Source of the DNA: Eledone cirrhosa
Taxonomy: Eukaryota
Length of the DNA stretch: 64,000 nucleotides
NCBI GenBank assembly: GCA_964016885.1
Contig: OZ024742.1
Location: forward strand, 255,130,001 to 255,194,000
Direction: 5' to 3'
Under the pieces are notes generated by a model. That model did no database searches, had not been told where the DNA came from, and saw only the letters and a list, made by a program, of their open reading frames with translations. The position numbers and the translations under genes were made by a program. Numbering within the stretch: the first letter of the stretch is position 1; the number at the start of each line of letters is the position of its first letter. This document shows, in pieces, positions 48,860-62,017 of this stretch.

Positions 48860-51800
48860 GCCTGACGCGTGGAACATCGCCGGTAAGATTTTTTGTAAAT
48901 TTATATACGAAAAACAGAACAAATTGTTTGAAAAAACATATTATTTTGTAGATTAACCCCTAAGTTGAATTGTCAGCTGGGTGGTAATCCCACATTTTAA
49001 TTTAAAAATTGTTTTAAAATATCAAATTTTGCCAACTATAAAACATGAATAACACGGAAAGAACGCTGGAGAACGTTGACAGAGAAAAGAGAGACAAAGA
49101 GGAAGATGTTAACGTTATATCTCCTTCTGCTACTATGGACGTCGCCATAGATACGACTGTCAACAAAGGGAAAAAATATTGCCACTTGAAGATTGTACAA
49201 TTTCTACCGTCGAAGCGGAGAGAAATGAAAACTCAGGAATTAAATCTATTCACATACATACACATGAAAAAGTCAACATCAACAACTCCACAGATACATC
49301 TACACATAAAGTTTCACCTCGTCAAGGAACTGAGATTTCCAACACCGAGGCTAACAACGATAACAGCAACAACAACAGCAGCAACACCACACACAAACAA
49401 AAACAAGATTTTATAAATCTTGACATCTCCAATGCAAGAGATATGCTCCAGCAAAGGAGAACATTTGTAACTTTCGAAGAGAAGGGTGGGTTTAGAATTA
49501 ACTCACCCCTTGAAATAAAAGAAGACGCAGTTCGAAGGACAGTGATCTTTAGGACTGTATTCAATACCACGAGAAAGCCGATATTTGTTAGTCAAACAGA
49601 TATAGAAGCTACTTTCAATGAAATTCTAGCAAATATCGACTTTCTCCAACGAGGAAAACAGTACGGAAGTGTTTCCGTACTGTTTAAAAGCGAGGCACTC
49701 GCCCCAAAAATATTCTGTGACACCAATAATGTCAAAAGCATTCACCTTTTTCCCTACATACATGGGAAAAATGACACAAAAAATAAAAATAAAAAATATA
49801 CCCCCAAACATTAACATTTGGTGGATCTTGGCTGGCTTCGTAGAGTCAGAAACTGATATGATTCTTTCGATACGAAAGTCTATTCGACAAAGGTGGGCGG
49901 GTACTGATTTGGAGATTCTGTTGCAAATGAGGCCAGAGAGAATCTCCAAAATACCCGAAAGAGTCGTCATCGACGACAACAACAAAATAAACATTTCGGT
50001 AGAAGGACGAAAAATTCATTGCTTTCGCTGTGGTAGCACAGCACACCTAAAAGCCTCCTGTTCTTCACAAACACACCACAACAACATCATTAAAAAAACA
50101 CTATACCAACATCACCACCACCACAAGTACAACGACAGACGAAACGAGCAACCACACCAAAACAAACAGCCACTCAACCAACAACAACAGAAAAAACAGA
50201 ACAACACCCCTGAAGAACATAGTCCCACCCCATCCCACTCCATCAAACACTACCACAAACACACACACCGAAACACCACCACCACACAACATACCCCTAC
50301 CCCACACTCCTGAAGATGATTATTCATCGACGGATGAAGCTACTTCTCCTTCTTTAAGTGAAGAGAGAGAGCCGCGGAAATCTAATAAAAAACAAAGAGA
50401 CACCACAAAACCCCCAAAACTCCAATCACCAACACCAACACACAACCACAGACACAAACAACAACACCACAGTCAAACATCCCTCTACCAGCAAAACCAA
50501 CACCAACACCACCCCAAACACAAGCACCCACCATAAAAAGAAAACTCTCGGACGAACAACAAACTAAAACAACACAACAAAAACACAAACAACAATACGC
50601 ATACATCAACAAAAACAACAAGAGTTTGATGGAGGTCATCTCCCAAAACCCCAAGGTGGAGACGGAGGGCAAAACTTTCGTCAAGGCAGAATCGTCTCCA
50701 CACCTTAAACGTATAAGGGCTTCTATGGAAACCTATAATGACCATCAACCGCGTCCTGTTAAAATGTTTCCCCACCCCACCTAACACCCCATCCAGCACC
50801 CACATGGAGATTGAAAAACCCGATCTTCAGGAAACGAAAAGGTAAGTGCACCTTTCATCCTTTTTCTTCAACTCTTCTTCACCAACATGGCTAGTTTACG
50901 AGTTGGAAGTGTGAATGTGCGTGGCCTAGGGATGCTCTGGAAACAGGGCCAACTTTTAAACGACCTTAGGTCACACGGTACGGATGTGATAGCCATCACC
51001 GAATCCAGGATCCACAACAGGCGGTAACTAAACCCCCATCTTCGACGACTTTGAGATCTACGTATCTCTCTGTCAGCCAGGAGGTGGAGGGGGCGGCTGT
51101 CATGTTTGGGAAGAGCCTGGACGTCGAAGTATAGCAAGTACACTTGGACCCGGAGGGTAAACTGGTAGTCCTAGACGTGAACAGTATTGGAGGTGGAGCC
51201 TTCAGACTGGTGGCCATTTATGCCCCGACCGGGCAATCGCAATCACGGCTAGACTTCTATAAGCGTCTAGAGTCTTTACTGGGAACGTCTCGCTCCTTAC
51301 TTTTAGTGGGGGACTGGAATGGTATCCTAGATGCACCATGGGACGATGTGGGAACATGTTCCAGTAGAAGGGGGTGCAACAGCCTCAAAACTTTAATCGG
51401 CCAATTCCAACTGGCCGATAGGTATCGACTGGACTTCCTGACTGCACCACAGTGGACGTGGGAAAATCGCAGTGGGACATCTAGATCGTATTTAGATAGG
51501 TTCTTCATTAGAGAAAGCGACAAGTAGATGTTAAGCTGTCCACGAATGCACATGGTTGCCTATTCAGATCACAAATTAGTCGTCTGCTTAGTCAACCGTG
51601 ATAGAATACATAGACAAGGACCCGGATACTGAAAGCTGAACGTGTCGTTGCCGACACGTAAAGCTTACAGTGAACGGATAAGTAGACTAGTGAAGCAACA
51701 GTTAACGGGAGCCATCGTCAACAATAAATGGTGGTACTCTCTCAAGAAAGCAATTAGAATAGAATCGATAGGGTTTAGCAAAGAGTTAGCCTTAGAGAAA

Positions 51801-54520
51801 AAACAAAATAGTAAGAGAACTAGTAGCCAAAGTAGAGGAGGCACTTAGAAGTGGCAACGCAGCTAGAGTGTTAGCGTCGAGAACGGAACTGGACCAGTTC
51901 TTCGATGCAAAACATGAAGGCTGCGTGGTCAGAAGCAAAACACGTGCTCTAGGAAACGAAGGAGCGAAAGCTGTCAGCTGGGCCCGAGTGGCGGAGGCGA
52001 AAAGTGGCAACAAGTCCACGATTCGGTCTTTGAAAGACCAAAACGGACGCGTGCTACTTGACCCCAAGCAAATGTGCGCGGCCTTTCAGCAGCACTTTGC
52101 GCGACTTTGAGCAGAACGACGGTGAGCCAAACGGGGCAATGGACTTTAGTTCATACCTCGACGGCCTGCCGTGTCTCTCGAACACGGACGCCGAGTTCTG
52201 CGAAAGACCGATCGCGGACACTGAGATACGGGACGCTCTGGGCAGCTGCGGGAAACGCAAGTCACCCGATCTAGATGGTCTACCCTATGAGTTTTACATA
52301 CGCATGCCGGACTTGTTCTCTGGGGTTCTCTAAGCCGTCTACTGCAATTGGCGGCAGAACGGAAAAATTCCCAGTTCTACAGGCAAAGACGAGAACAAGG
52401 GAGACGAAATTAACAACTTCAGGCCCATAACTCTACTCAACACAGAGTTAAAGATTTTGGCCCAGATGCTAGCGACGAGGTTGGCGCTTGTCGAGAACCT
52501 GGTAGGGAAAGCGCAAACGTGTACAATCCCGACCAGATCCATGCACGACAACCTCCACCTCATGCGATACATCATAGAGAGGGTGGTTAGTAAACCCGGC
52601 TTCGGTGGGGCTCTGATCAATTTGGATCAGTCTAAGGCATTCGATAGGGTCGACAATCGAAACTTGGAAGCGGTTCTCAAGGCGGCCGGTTTCGGTCCCG
52701 TTTTCAGAGGCTAGATCGAGGCGATGCACACCAGCATCTGCTCGAGGGTCAAGGTGAACGGCTACCTATCGGAGCCGTTCGCAATCACGCGTTCCATTCG
52801 ACAGGGGTGCCCTCTCTCCTCCATTCTGTATGTATTGATTCTAGAGCCACTACTGCGGAAATTGGAGCTGTTGCAGGGCATCCCTCTAGAATCGGGACTG
52901 CGGAAAGCGGCGTCGGCTTATGTCGACGACGTGACGGTAATGGTGTCGAGGACCTCGGAAATCGGGGTGATCGGCAACTTACTGAAAGAATACGAAACGC
53001 TGACGGGAGCAATACTAAACCCGGACAAGTCTGTCGGTTTGCAACTCGGTACGTGGAGAGGCAAACCGATGACGTTCGACAGCGTCGTTGGACGCTGGAC
53101 GGACGGACCGGTGAAATTGTTCGGGGTCTGGTTCGGTCCGGACCTCCAGGTGGAGAAAAACTGGAACGAGATCATGGCCAAGGTGTTTGCACTCACCCAG
53201 AAGTGGGCAGAGTGCAAACTGTCCTTGAAAGGTCGAGCGGAGGTGGCGAACACTTTCATAGCGTCCGTCATCTACTCCCGCTTGACTGTCGTGCCTTGTC
53301 CCCGTGAACACCTCGCCAAGATGGAACGCATGCTCTTCCAGTTTCTGTGGAAGAAGCAGGCTCCGCTGGTGAGGAGATCCGTCTGCTGTCAACACCCTTC
53401 CAACGTGGCTGATCATGCGCAAATATGTGCTGAGGCTGCGGCATCTCCAGATATTTATCACCGACCCCCAACCGGTGTGGACACCGTTTGTGAGACAGGC
53501 TTTCTTACAGCTCGTCTCGCTGACGGAGCTGCAGTCCTGGGTCAAGTAAAAATCGAAAACGATGGGCGCCTGGCACATTGAATGCGCTCAGGCGCTCACA
53601 GTCCTCTGGCAAGCGGGCGCAGCAATCAGTGGAGACTCCACTTCGACATTCTATAGAGGGATTATAAGTTACAAGGGCGACGACATGCTCGGAGAGACTC
53701 TGGGCGTCGGAGACGATGAGCTCACCAGTCTGTTTGGTAGAACTTTTGCCCGGGTCTATGGACAACTTCCAGAGGTCCCTGGCCCGGCAGTGCTACCGAG
53801 GAGCTCTACCGGTTCGTGACAAGATCTACAGGCACGGACGCCCCGGCAGAGATCCTTCCAAGAGGACGTGTCTAAGATGCGCGTAGGACATTGAAACAGT
53901 CCTGCACGCAATTGTACACTGCCCGGGCGTAACCGACCTGTGGAACTATGCAGAACAACTGATGTCACATATGGGATAAATTCAGTTGACTGCCGAGTCC
54001 ATAGTAAGGATCAAACAGCCAGCCTCTTTCAAAAACGAAAGAGAGGCAGTTTTCCTCTGTACGGTGGCTATGGTGAAAGAAGTTATATGGTGGACGAGAT
54101 AGAGAGGACTGAGGACAGATGCCTTTCTCTCCAGACAACAATTGATTCCCTTCTTCAAGTATCACTTTAGAAGGAGAATCAGAGTGGAGAGAGAGAGACT
54201 GCACCCCAGTAAATATCCTGAAAGGTGGGTGAATGAAGCGAAAATGGCCCGAGTGATTGGGCCTTCTCTGTTTATAAGCCTGTAGGTTGAAGAAGAGAAC
54301 AAAAGGAAGAAAGGGGCACTTGCACAACACGCTCCTGAAGCTGAGGGTTGTTCTATTGACGGGGTATTAAACAACCCATTTGTGGCGCTTCCCCTCTATT
54401 GGGGATTTTGATTGTAGTAATTGTTTGTTTTTATATTTTTTACACGACTGTATGTAAAATCCCCGGCCTGTCTTTGTATTGTCCCCTTTTCTTGTGCGCC
54501 CTTGTGACAAATAAAGAAAT
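48860..54520 (+). mobile_element. Full-length decayed L1/Tx1-like LINE (family 2) followed by (TC)n
   Basis: ORF1 pieces at ~49045-50845 include CFRCGSTAHLKASC. ORF2 starts at ATG 50887 (MASLRVGSVNVRGL, VGDWN, YLDRF, DQSKAFD, RQGCPLS, AYVDD) and runs to ~54284. Confidence 0.92.
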
Positions 54521-54527
54521 ATATCTC

Positions 54528-54951
<424 letters not shown>

Positions 54952-55084
54952 TATATTGTTATACTTTGGGAGGGTCAGGCTGCTAATAAAAACACATGCA
55001 CCTGCTGTTTTTTCACTTCAATTTATTATAAGTTTGTAGTTGGTTAGTTGGTCGGTTCGATAATAGGAAAGTTGTTTACATATT

Positions 55085-55127
55085 GTCAAAGCTCTTTCAT
55101 CACACATTTTGTGACCTCCTCAGTAAC
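55085..55127 (-). ncRNA. Decayed hammerhead motif
   Basis: Minus strand reads GTTA CTGAGGA gGTCACA-aaatg-TGTGAT GAAA GAGC TT TGAC. Confidence 0.5.
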
Positions 55128-55146
55128 GAAGTTATATATATGTATA

Positions 55147-55184
<38 letters not shown>

Positions 55185-55356
55185 GATGTGTAAATACAGT
55201 TACAGGTGGTAGCACACCATTTGAAACACTCAATCCTGTTACAAGGTCCGTCTCATATTGAGTTATTTCAGAGTTAAGGCAGCTGTAGTGTGCCGAGTAT
55301 ATATAGAGTAAGTAGAATGGAAATCTGTGTTGCCGCTTATGTATAAACTTTATTAG

Positions 55357-55444
55357 CATATTACAATTGTTTCAATATCAATCAGCTCAGAGTATAATGA
55401 TAATAACAGGGACCCAACTCTTCTTCAACATCTCATCAGCTATG
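55357..55444 (-). ncRNA. Hammerhead motif with a long stem II
   Basis: Minus strand reads CATAg CTGATGA GATGTTGA...TTGATATT GAAA CAATTG TA aTATG, followed by AATAAA. Confidence 0.6.
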
Positions 55445-55579
55445 TGAGTTTATATGTGCAAAGACACATCTAAGCTTTTGAGAGAGGTCCTGGGATCCTT
55501 TTATATACACTTATTAATGGGTTTTTAGGAGGGAAGGGTGAGAGAGTGGGTAAATTATTTGCTGTAGATTTACATTTAA

Positions 55580-55800
55580 CCCTTCAGCATTTACATTACT
55601 CTATATTTACTATTGTATTTTTGTGGTAAAAGCTTTATCTTATTTAATTATCTCACATAATATCGAAACTACTAGATTTTGATATTATTTATTTTGAGAA
55701 CAATACCATAACATAAGTATGAGCAGCTGGTTACAGCTGGTTTGAACAGAAAGAGGTGAGAGAATTCTAGCCGGATAAGGTTGGTTTAAATGCTAAGGGG
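55580..55800. mobile_element. piggyBac-type MITE
   Basis: TTAA at 55576-79 and 55801-04; TIRs CCCTTCAGCATTTA / TAAATGCTAAGGGG. Confidence 0.8.
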
Positions 55801-55861
55801 TTAAAGACCACAGAAAGGGTAAAAGTTAAAAAATAAAGGATAAAAGATAAATAATAATTAT

Positions 55862-56048
55862 TATTTCTACTTTTGGCACAAGGCCAGCAATTATCCCAAT
55901 GCATTACTGGTACTTTATTTCATCGACCCCGTAAGGATGAAAGGCAAAGTTAACTTCGGCGGGATTTGAACTCAGACCATAAAGGGCCGTAACTCTATGC
56001 TGCAAAGCATGGCATCCGACCCAACCAATACTGCCAATCCACCGCCCT
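55862..56048 (-). mobile_element. tRNA-derived SINE
   Basis: Reverse complement of the 62018 family. Confidence 0.88.
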
Positions 56049-56192
56049 TAGATAAATAATAATAATGATAACAAAAACAAAAGAGTAATAATAATATGTG
56101 TATTATCAAATTTTGCCTCAGCTGTCAGGTTGACACTCAGCATGATTTGGGAAAGAAGCAGAATTCAAAAAAACTTTCAAATAATAATAATA

Positions 56193-58262
56193 ATCTCTTG
56201 CCTCCCCCTTATGTGGAAGCTTAAGACAGGTATCATTGCTGAGGCAATGTATGAATACCTGGAGGAGACACTACCTGCAGAGCAGAAGGGATGTAGGAGA
56301 AGAAACAGGAGGACTAAAGATAAATTGTTGATTGATAAAGCAATCCTTAAAGATTGTAAACAGAGACATGCAAATCTTGTCATGGCCTGGATCGAATACT
56401 GCAAGGCTCATGACACATAGTTGGATAGTAGAATGTTTTAAAATATGTTTAAAATATGTCAACTAATGTTAGACAGTTTCTGGTGAACAGTATGGATGGT
56501 TGGAAGACTTAGCTGACATCATGTAGACAGACATTGGGTGTTGTGAATATCAAGAGAGGAATATGTCAGGGAAACAGTCTTTCACCTTTGCTGTTTGTAC
56601 TGAGTATGGTTCCACTTTCATTGGTGTTGAGAAGGTCAAAGGCTGGTTATGAGTGGGGAGGACACGAATTTAAGATAAACCACCTGCTGTACATAGATGA
56701 CCTAAAACTTTATGGGAAATCCTATGAACATATTGATTCCCTTGTACAGACAGTTCATACATTCAGTACTGACATAGGAATGGAATTTGACATAGAAAAC
56801 TGTAGAGTGCTACTACTGAAGTGAGGTAGAATTGGTAAGATGGAAGGAATTGTATTACCTGACAGACAAGTTACAAAGGAAATTGATGACAACATGTGTA
56901 AATACTTAGGCATCCTGGAAACAGACAAAATGAAAGAGAAGGAAAATGAAAGAACTATTATCAAAGGAATATAAATGGAGACTGAAGCTGCTGTTAAAAA
57001 CGAAGTTAAGTGGTAGGAATAAAATACTGGCTATCAACACATGGGCTGTTGCAGCTCTAAAGTGTAGTGCTGGTGTGATAGAGTGGAGATCTGATGAACT
57101 TAAGGAGCTTGAGAGAAAGACCAAGAAAATGATGACACTACAAGGGATGTGGACAAGTTGTATCTATTACAGCATCGAGGAGGAAGAGGTCTCATTAGCT
57201 GTGAAATATGTGTGAAGCTGGAAGAAAGTAATCTGGCATGTTATGTAAAGATTTCAAAGGAGATATTAATGGCAGGAGTAAGAAAGATAAAGGTCCTAAG
57301 CAGTAATCAATCAAAACAAAAGGGAGAATTTAAACAAGACAGACAGAATTACACATTGAATAGATGGAAAGGGAAAATGTACGGTCAATTATTGTGCGAA
57401 ATGCCTGAGACAGTTGACAAAGATACAAACTGTGAATGGACTAGGGAAAGCAATGTAGAAGTTGAAACTGAAGCCCTTATATTCGCAGCCCAGCAACAGG
57501 CACTGAGAATGAACTATATCAAGTTCAATATTGACAAGTCAGTGAATTCCCCACTTTGTGGGCTGTGTGGTGAGAAAGGTGAGACAATAAACTACATTGT
57601 ACTGGGTAATTGCTGGCCTTGTGCCTAAAATAGAAACAATTATTAGTGAATGTAAGATGCTTGCTCAGAAAGAGTACAAGAGAAGGCATGACAACATTGC
57701 CAGATTGGTTCATTGGAACCCTTTAATAAGTATGACATAAGCAGAAGTAAGAAATAGTGTGAACGCCAACTGCAAAGAGTGGCTGAAAATGAATAGTATA
57801 AGATATTGTGAGACTTGACCATCTAGTGCGACCATTTTATCATGGCTAGAAAGCCTGACATTGTTGTCACAGAAAAGAAGAATAACAAGGTATGTATAGC
57901 TTCACCGTGGGACCACAGGGTGAATGAGAAAGAAAATGAGAAAGTTGAGAAATACCAGGAGCTGAAAAAAGAAATCAGGAAACTATGGAGAATCAGACAT
58001 GTAGAAGTGGTACCAATTGTGTCTTTAGCACACTGGGAGCAGTTAGTAAAAGGTTAGATGCATGGCTTGAGAAGCTAGTAATTACCATCAGAACAGGATT
58101 GTTGCAGAAAACAGTCTTGCTAGGAACAATAAGGATTCTAAATAAGGCATTAGAAAGTTGAAGGAGAAGGAATGAGCCAAAGGACATTTGGCCATTGGTT
58201 ATGACTCACTTATTTGGTATAGTGTTGGTATAACATCTGCCAGAGCAAAAGTGTTTCAAGTT
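56193..58262 (+). mobile_element. Decayed R4/Dong-like LINE (family C) with (TAA)n tail, interrupted by a SINE tail at ~57595-57645
   Basis: [52 protein letters not shown] and KPDIVV. Confidence 0.88.
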
Positions 58263-58272
58263 ATAATAATAA

Positions 58273-58755
58273 TGTTTTCTGATTTAGGCACAAGGCCAGC
58301 AATTTTTGGAGAAAGGGTAAGTCGATTTAATCAGTTCCAGTGCATGACTGGTACTTTATATAAATTAACCCCGTTTGGATGAAAGGCAAAGCAAACCTCA
58401 GCGTGATTTGAACTCAGAACATAAATGGCCATAACTCTATACTGCAAAGCATAATGATAATAATGGTTTGTTATATAGGCACAAGGTCAGCAATTTTGGA
58501 GTAGGGGAAAGTCGATTAAATCGACCCCACTCGGTGACTGATACTTTATTTTATCGACCCCGTAAGGATGAAAGGCAAAGTTAACCTCGGCGTGATTTGA
58601 ACTCAGAGCGGAAAGGGTCATAACTCTATGTGACAAAGCATAATAATAATAATGTTTCTACTTTTGGCACAAAGCCAGCAATTACCCAAGTGAATTACTG
58701 GTGCTTTACTTTATCGACCCCATAAGGATGAAAAGCAAAGCTAACCTGGCAGGAT
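58273..58755 (-). mobile_element. Three tandem 5'-truncated SINE copies separated by (TAA)n
   Basis: GGCACAAGGCCAGCAAT...GGATGAAAGGCAAAG is repeated. Confidence 0.85.
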
Positions 58756-59399
58756 TAAAAATAATAATAACAAAGGAAAAATAATTAATTAATGGATAAA
58801 TGTAAAAGGGGCAGAAAACAAGATGGATAAAAATGGAGACAAAACTAAAGTTTGGTAATTGAAAAAGTCTGGAATAGTAATTGAAAAGTGTAGAGAATAC
58901 AGTGACACCAGCAACTACAATAACAACAATCATCACACATAGGTCAGCAATAATGGCATTTACAACTGCAATGACAGCAATGCTTTAAAGCCAGCTATTT
59001 GTCCATGGCTGTTAGGTGGTGTTCTTTGTGTGGATGTGACTAGTCATTATGGGTATGTTGGTAGTAGTATGGACAACAACAACAACAGTAACAGTATCAT
59101 CATCGGTACAACAGTACCAGGAGCTATAACCTAGTATCTGCCAAACTAATGTTATTTATGACTAGATCACTCCTCATCATATGTCTATAAGTATGATGGT
59201 GCCCTCCATCCCCCTATGTCAGGAGAGCATCATCACTACCATCAACAATGATCGTGGTATCCAAGAGGCCAAGAGGATCAGCTCAATCCTTTTATGCTTT
59301 GGTGGGGTGCATTTCATTATTAGCACCACCACCACACTGTCTATTGTATTTTACCCTATATACCAGCCCTTGTGGCCAATAAATGAAATCATTATTAAT

Positions 59400-59725
59400 T
59401 AGGGTTGGACGCCATGGTTTCTAGCATAGTTTCGTCCCTTTACAGTCAGAGTTCAAATCCCGCCGAGGTTAACTTTGCCTTTCATCCTTACGGAGTCGAT
59501 AAAATAAGGTACCAGTAATGTACTGGGTTATTGCTGGCCTTGTCCCTAAAGTAGAAACAATTATTATCATTCAGCATAGTTACGTCCCTTTACGGTCTGA
59601 GTTCAAATCCAGCCGAGGTTTACTTTGCCTTTCATCCTTACGGGGTCGATAAAATAAAGTACCGGTAATGCACTGGGTATTTGCTGGCCTTGTGCCTAAA
59701 GTAGAAACAATTATTATCATTATTA
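59400..59725 (+). mobile_element. Two tandem SINE copies
   Basis: AGCATAGTT.CGTCCCTTTAC...GAGTTCAAATCC...GTAGAAACAATTATT is repeated. Confidence 0.88.
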
Positions 59726-59773
59726 TGATAATAATAATGATAATAATTGTTTCTACTTTAGGCACAAGGCCAG

Positions 59774-61978
59774 TTCTGTGAGCCGAGGAGCGGTGGCACT
59801 GCTGAGAAAGGATCCGAACAAGGGGGATAACATAGACAATTTCCGGCCCATAACTCTGCTAAACACAGAGTTTAAGATTTTGGCCAAGGTGCTAGCAAAG
59901 AGGTTGGCGCTTGTCGTTGGTGGTCTGGTGGGAGAGGCGCAGACATGCGCCATTCCCGACAGATCCATCCACGACAACCTCCACCTCATGCGATACATCG
60001 TAGAGAGGGTAGCTAGGGAACCTGGCACGGGTGGGTCCTTGATCAATTTAGATCAGTCAAAAGCTTTCGATAGGGTCGACCATCGTTACCTAGCGGCAGT
60101 CCTGAGGGCGGCTGGCTTTGGGCCCGTCTTCAGAGGCTGGATCGCTGCCATGCACAGCGACATCTGCTCTGTAGTGAGAGTGAACGGTCACCTGTCGGAA
60201 CCGTTCAACATCATGCGCTCGGTCCGCCAAGGATGTCCCCTCTCGTCCCTCTTGTACGTATTGACTCTCGAGCCATTACTGCACAAACTGGAGACGTTGA
60301 GGGGAGTCCCGCGCGAACTAGGATGCGGAAGATCCGTGTCAGCATATGCGGACGATGTCACCGTAGTGGTGTCGAACGCCAAACACATCGAGGCGATCGG
60401 CACTACACTAAGAGAATACGAAGCGGTGACAGGAGCAATGATCAACCAGGAAAAGTCAGTGGGCCTGCAGCTCGGCACCTGGAGAGGCAGGTCCATGCCG
60501 TCCAACAGCGTCGTCGGGCGCTGGACGGACGGACCGGTTAAATTGCTAGGGGTCTGGTTCGGTCCGGACCTCCAGACGGACAAAAACTGGGACGAGGTGA
60601 CGAGCAGGGTGGCTTCTCTCACCCAGAAATGGGCGGAGAGGAAGCTATCCCTGAAAGGTCGAGCGGAGGTGGCTAACGCGTACATCGCGTCTGTCATCTG
60701 CTACCGCCTAACCGTCGTACCTTGTCCTAAGCCTCGCCTGACTGCGCTGGAGCGTTTGCTCTTTCGCTTTTTGTGGAAGGGACGTGCTCCGATGGTCAGG
60801 CGGTCCATCTGTTGTCAACACCCGCTACGTGGAGGGCTGGGCATGCCGTGGCTGATGATGCGCAGGCACGCGCTCAGGCTACGACATCTCCACCTCTTCC
60901 TCGACGGTGATCAGGTGTGGTCGCCGTTTGCTAGACGCGTTTTTCCCCAGCTCGTTTCCTTGACGGAGCTGCAGTCCTGGGTCAAGCGAAGACCGAGAGG
61001 GAGCGCCTGGAGACTGGAATGTCTTCAGGCGCTCACAGCCCTCGACCAATCGGGCAATGTGATCGGTGGAAACTCCACCTCGGCGTTCTATAGAGGATTA
61101 GTGGAGGGGAAGAGCGACGACGTACTTGGGGAAACTCTAGGCGTCGACGAAAATCAACTAGCCAATCTCTTCGGAAGAACTTTCGGGCCAGGGCCTATGG
61201 ACAACTTCCAGAAATCTCTGGCCTGGCAGTGCTACCGAGGAGCCTTGCCAGTTCGGGATAAACTCTACAGGCATGGAGGTGCCGTCAGCCGGGCATGTCC
61301 GAGATGCGCGCAGGGCGACGAAACCGTCCTGCACGCACTCGTCCAGTGTCCGAAAATTGCTGACTTGTGGGTTTATGTCGAACACCTGCTGTCGCGTTTA
61401 GGACGAATCCAGCTATCATCTGAGTCTATCGTGAGGATTGCCCCGCCCTCCTCCTTTAGCCGGGAAGGGCAGGCAGTTTTTATCTGTCTGGTGGCCATGG
61501 CGAAAGAGATAGTATGGTGGACACGTTTGAAAGGGCTGAAGACGAGCACTTACCTCTTCGGTGATGCTCTGATTGACTTTTTCAAATTTCATTTGAAAAG
61601 GAAAATCAGAGTAGAGAGGGAAGTGCTCTCTTCCCAGCATTTTGTTGAAAGATGGGTGAGAGAAGCAAGAATGGCCCGAGTGAATGGGCCTACTCTGAGC
61701 ATATATCTGTAAATTAAAGGTGGAAAACTGGGAGAGGGCACTTGCCTTGGTGGTCAGGGTCATTGTGGCTTTTTACTGGGCTTTCTCCACAAATGTCCCT
61801 CCGAAGTCTCCCCCCTATTGGGGAATTTTTCATTGTTATTTTCATTGTTATTTTTGTTACATCCTCTGTTTTTGTTTTTTTACACGCAGAAATGCCCATT
61901 TGTACCGTCCTGCATTGTCCTGCACTGTCCTTAATGTCTACTTTATGTAAACCCTTGTGGTTAATAAAGAAATCATTA
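59774..61978 (+). mobile_element. Young 5'-truncated L1/Tx1 family 1 copy with a 23-bp target-site duplication
   Basis: Highly similar to 13920-16078. ATCATTATTATGATAATAATAAT occurs at 59716-59738 and 61972-61994. Confidence 0.93.
59778..61712 (+). CDS. Uninterrupted RT + C-terminal CCHC part of ORF2 (644 aa, no native start)
   Basis: FRPITLLN, DQSKAFD, RQGCPLS, AYADD and CPRCAQGDETVLHALVQC. Confidence 0.88.
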   Translation: MSRGAVALLRKDPNKGDNIDNFRPITLLNTEFKILAKVLAKRLALVVGGLVGEAQTCAIPDRSIHDNLHLMRYIVERVAREPGTGGSLINLDQSKAFDRVDHRYLAAVLRAAGFGPVFRGWIAAMHSDICSVVRVNGHLSEPFNIMRSVRQGCPLSSLLYVLTLEPLLHKLETLRGVPRELGCGRSVSAYADDVTVVVSNAKHIEAIGTTLREYEAVTGAMINQEKSVGLQLGTWRGRSMPSNSVVGRWTDGPVKLLGVWFGPDLQTDKNWDEVTSRVASLTQKWAERKLSLKGRAEVANAYIASVICYRLTVVPCPKPRLTALERLLFRFLWKGRAPMVRRSICCQHPLRGGLGMPWLMMRRHALRLRHLHLFLDGDQVWSPFARRVFPQLVSLTELQSWVKRRPRGSAWRLECLQALTALDQSGNVIGGNSTSAFYRGLVEGKSDDVLGETLGVDENQLANLFGRTFGPGPMDNFQKSLAWQCYRGALPVRDKLYRHGGAVSRACPRCAQGDETVLHALVQCPKIADLWVYVEHLLSRLGRIQLSSESIVRIAPPSSFSREGQAVFICLVAMAKEIVWWTRLKGLKTSTYLFGDALIDFFKFHLKRKIRVEREVLSSQHFVERWVREARMARVNGPTLSIYL

Positions 61979-62017
61979 TTATGATAATAATAATATTATA
62001 TATATGATAATAATATA

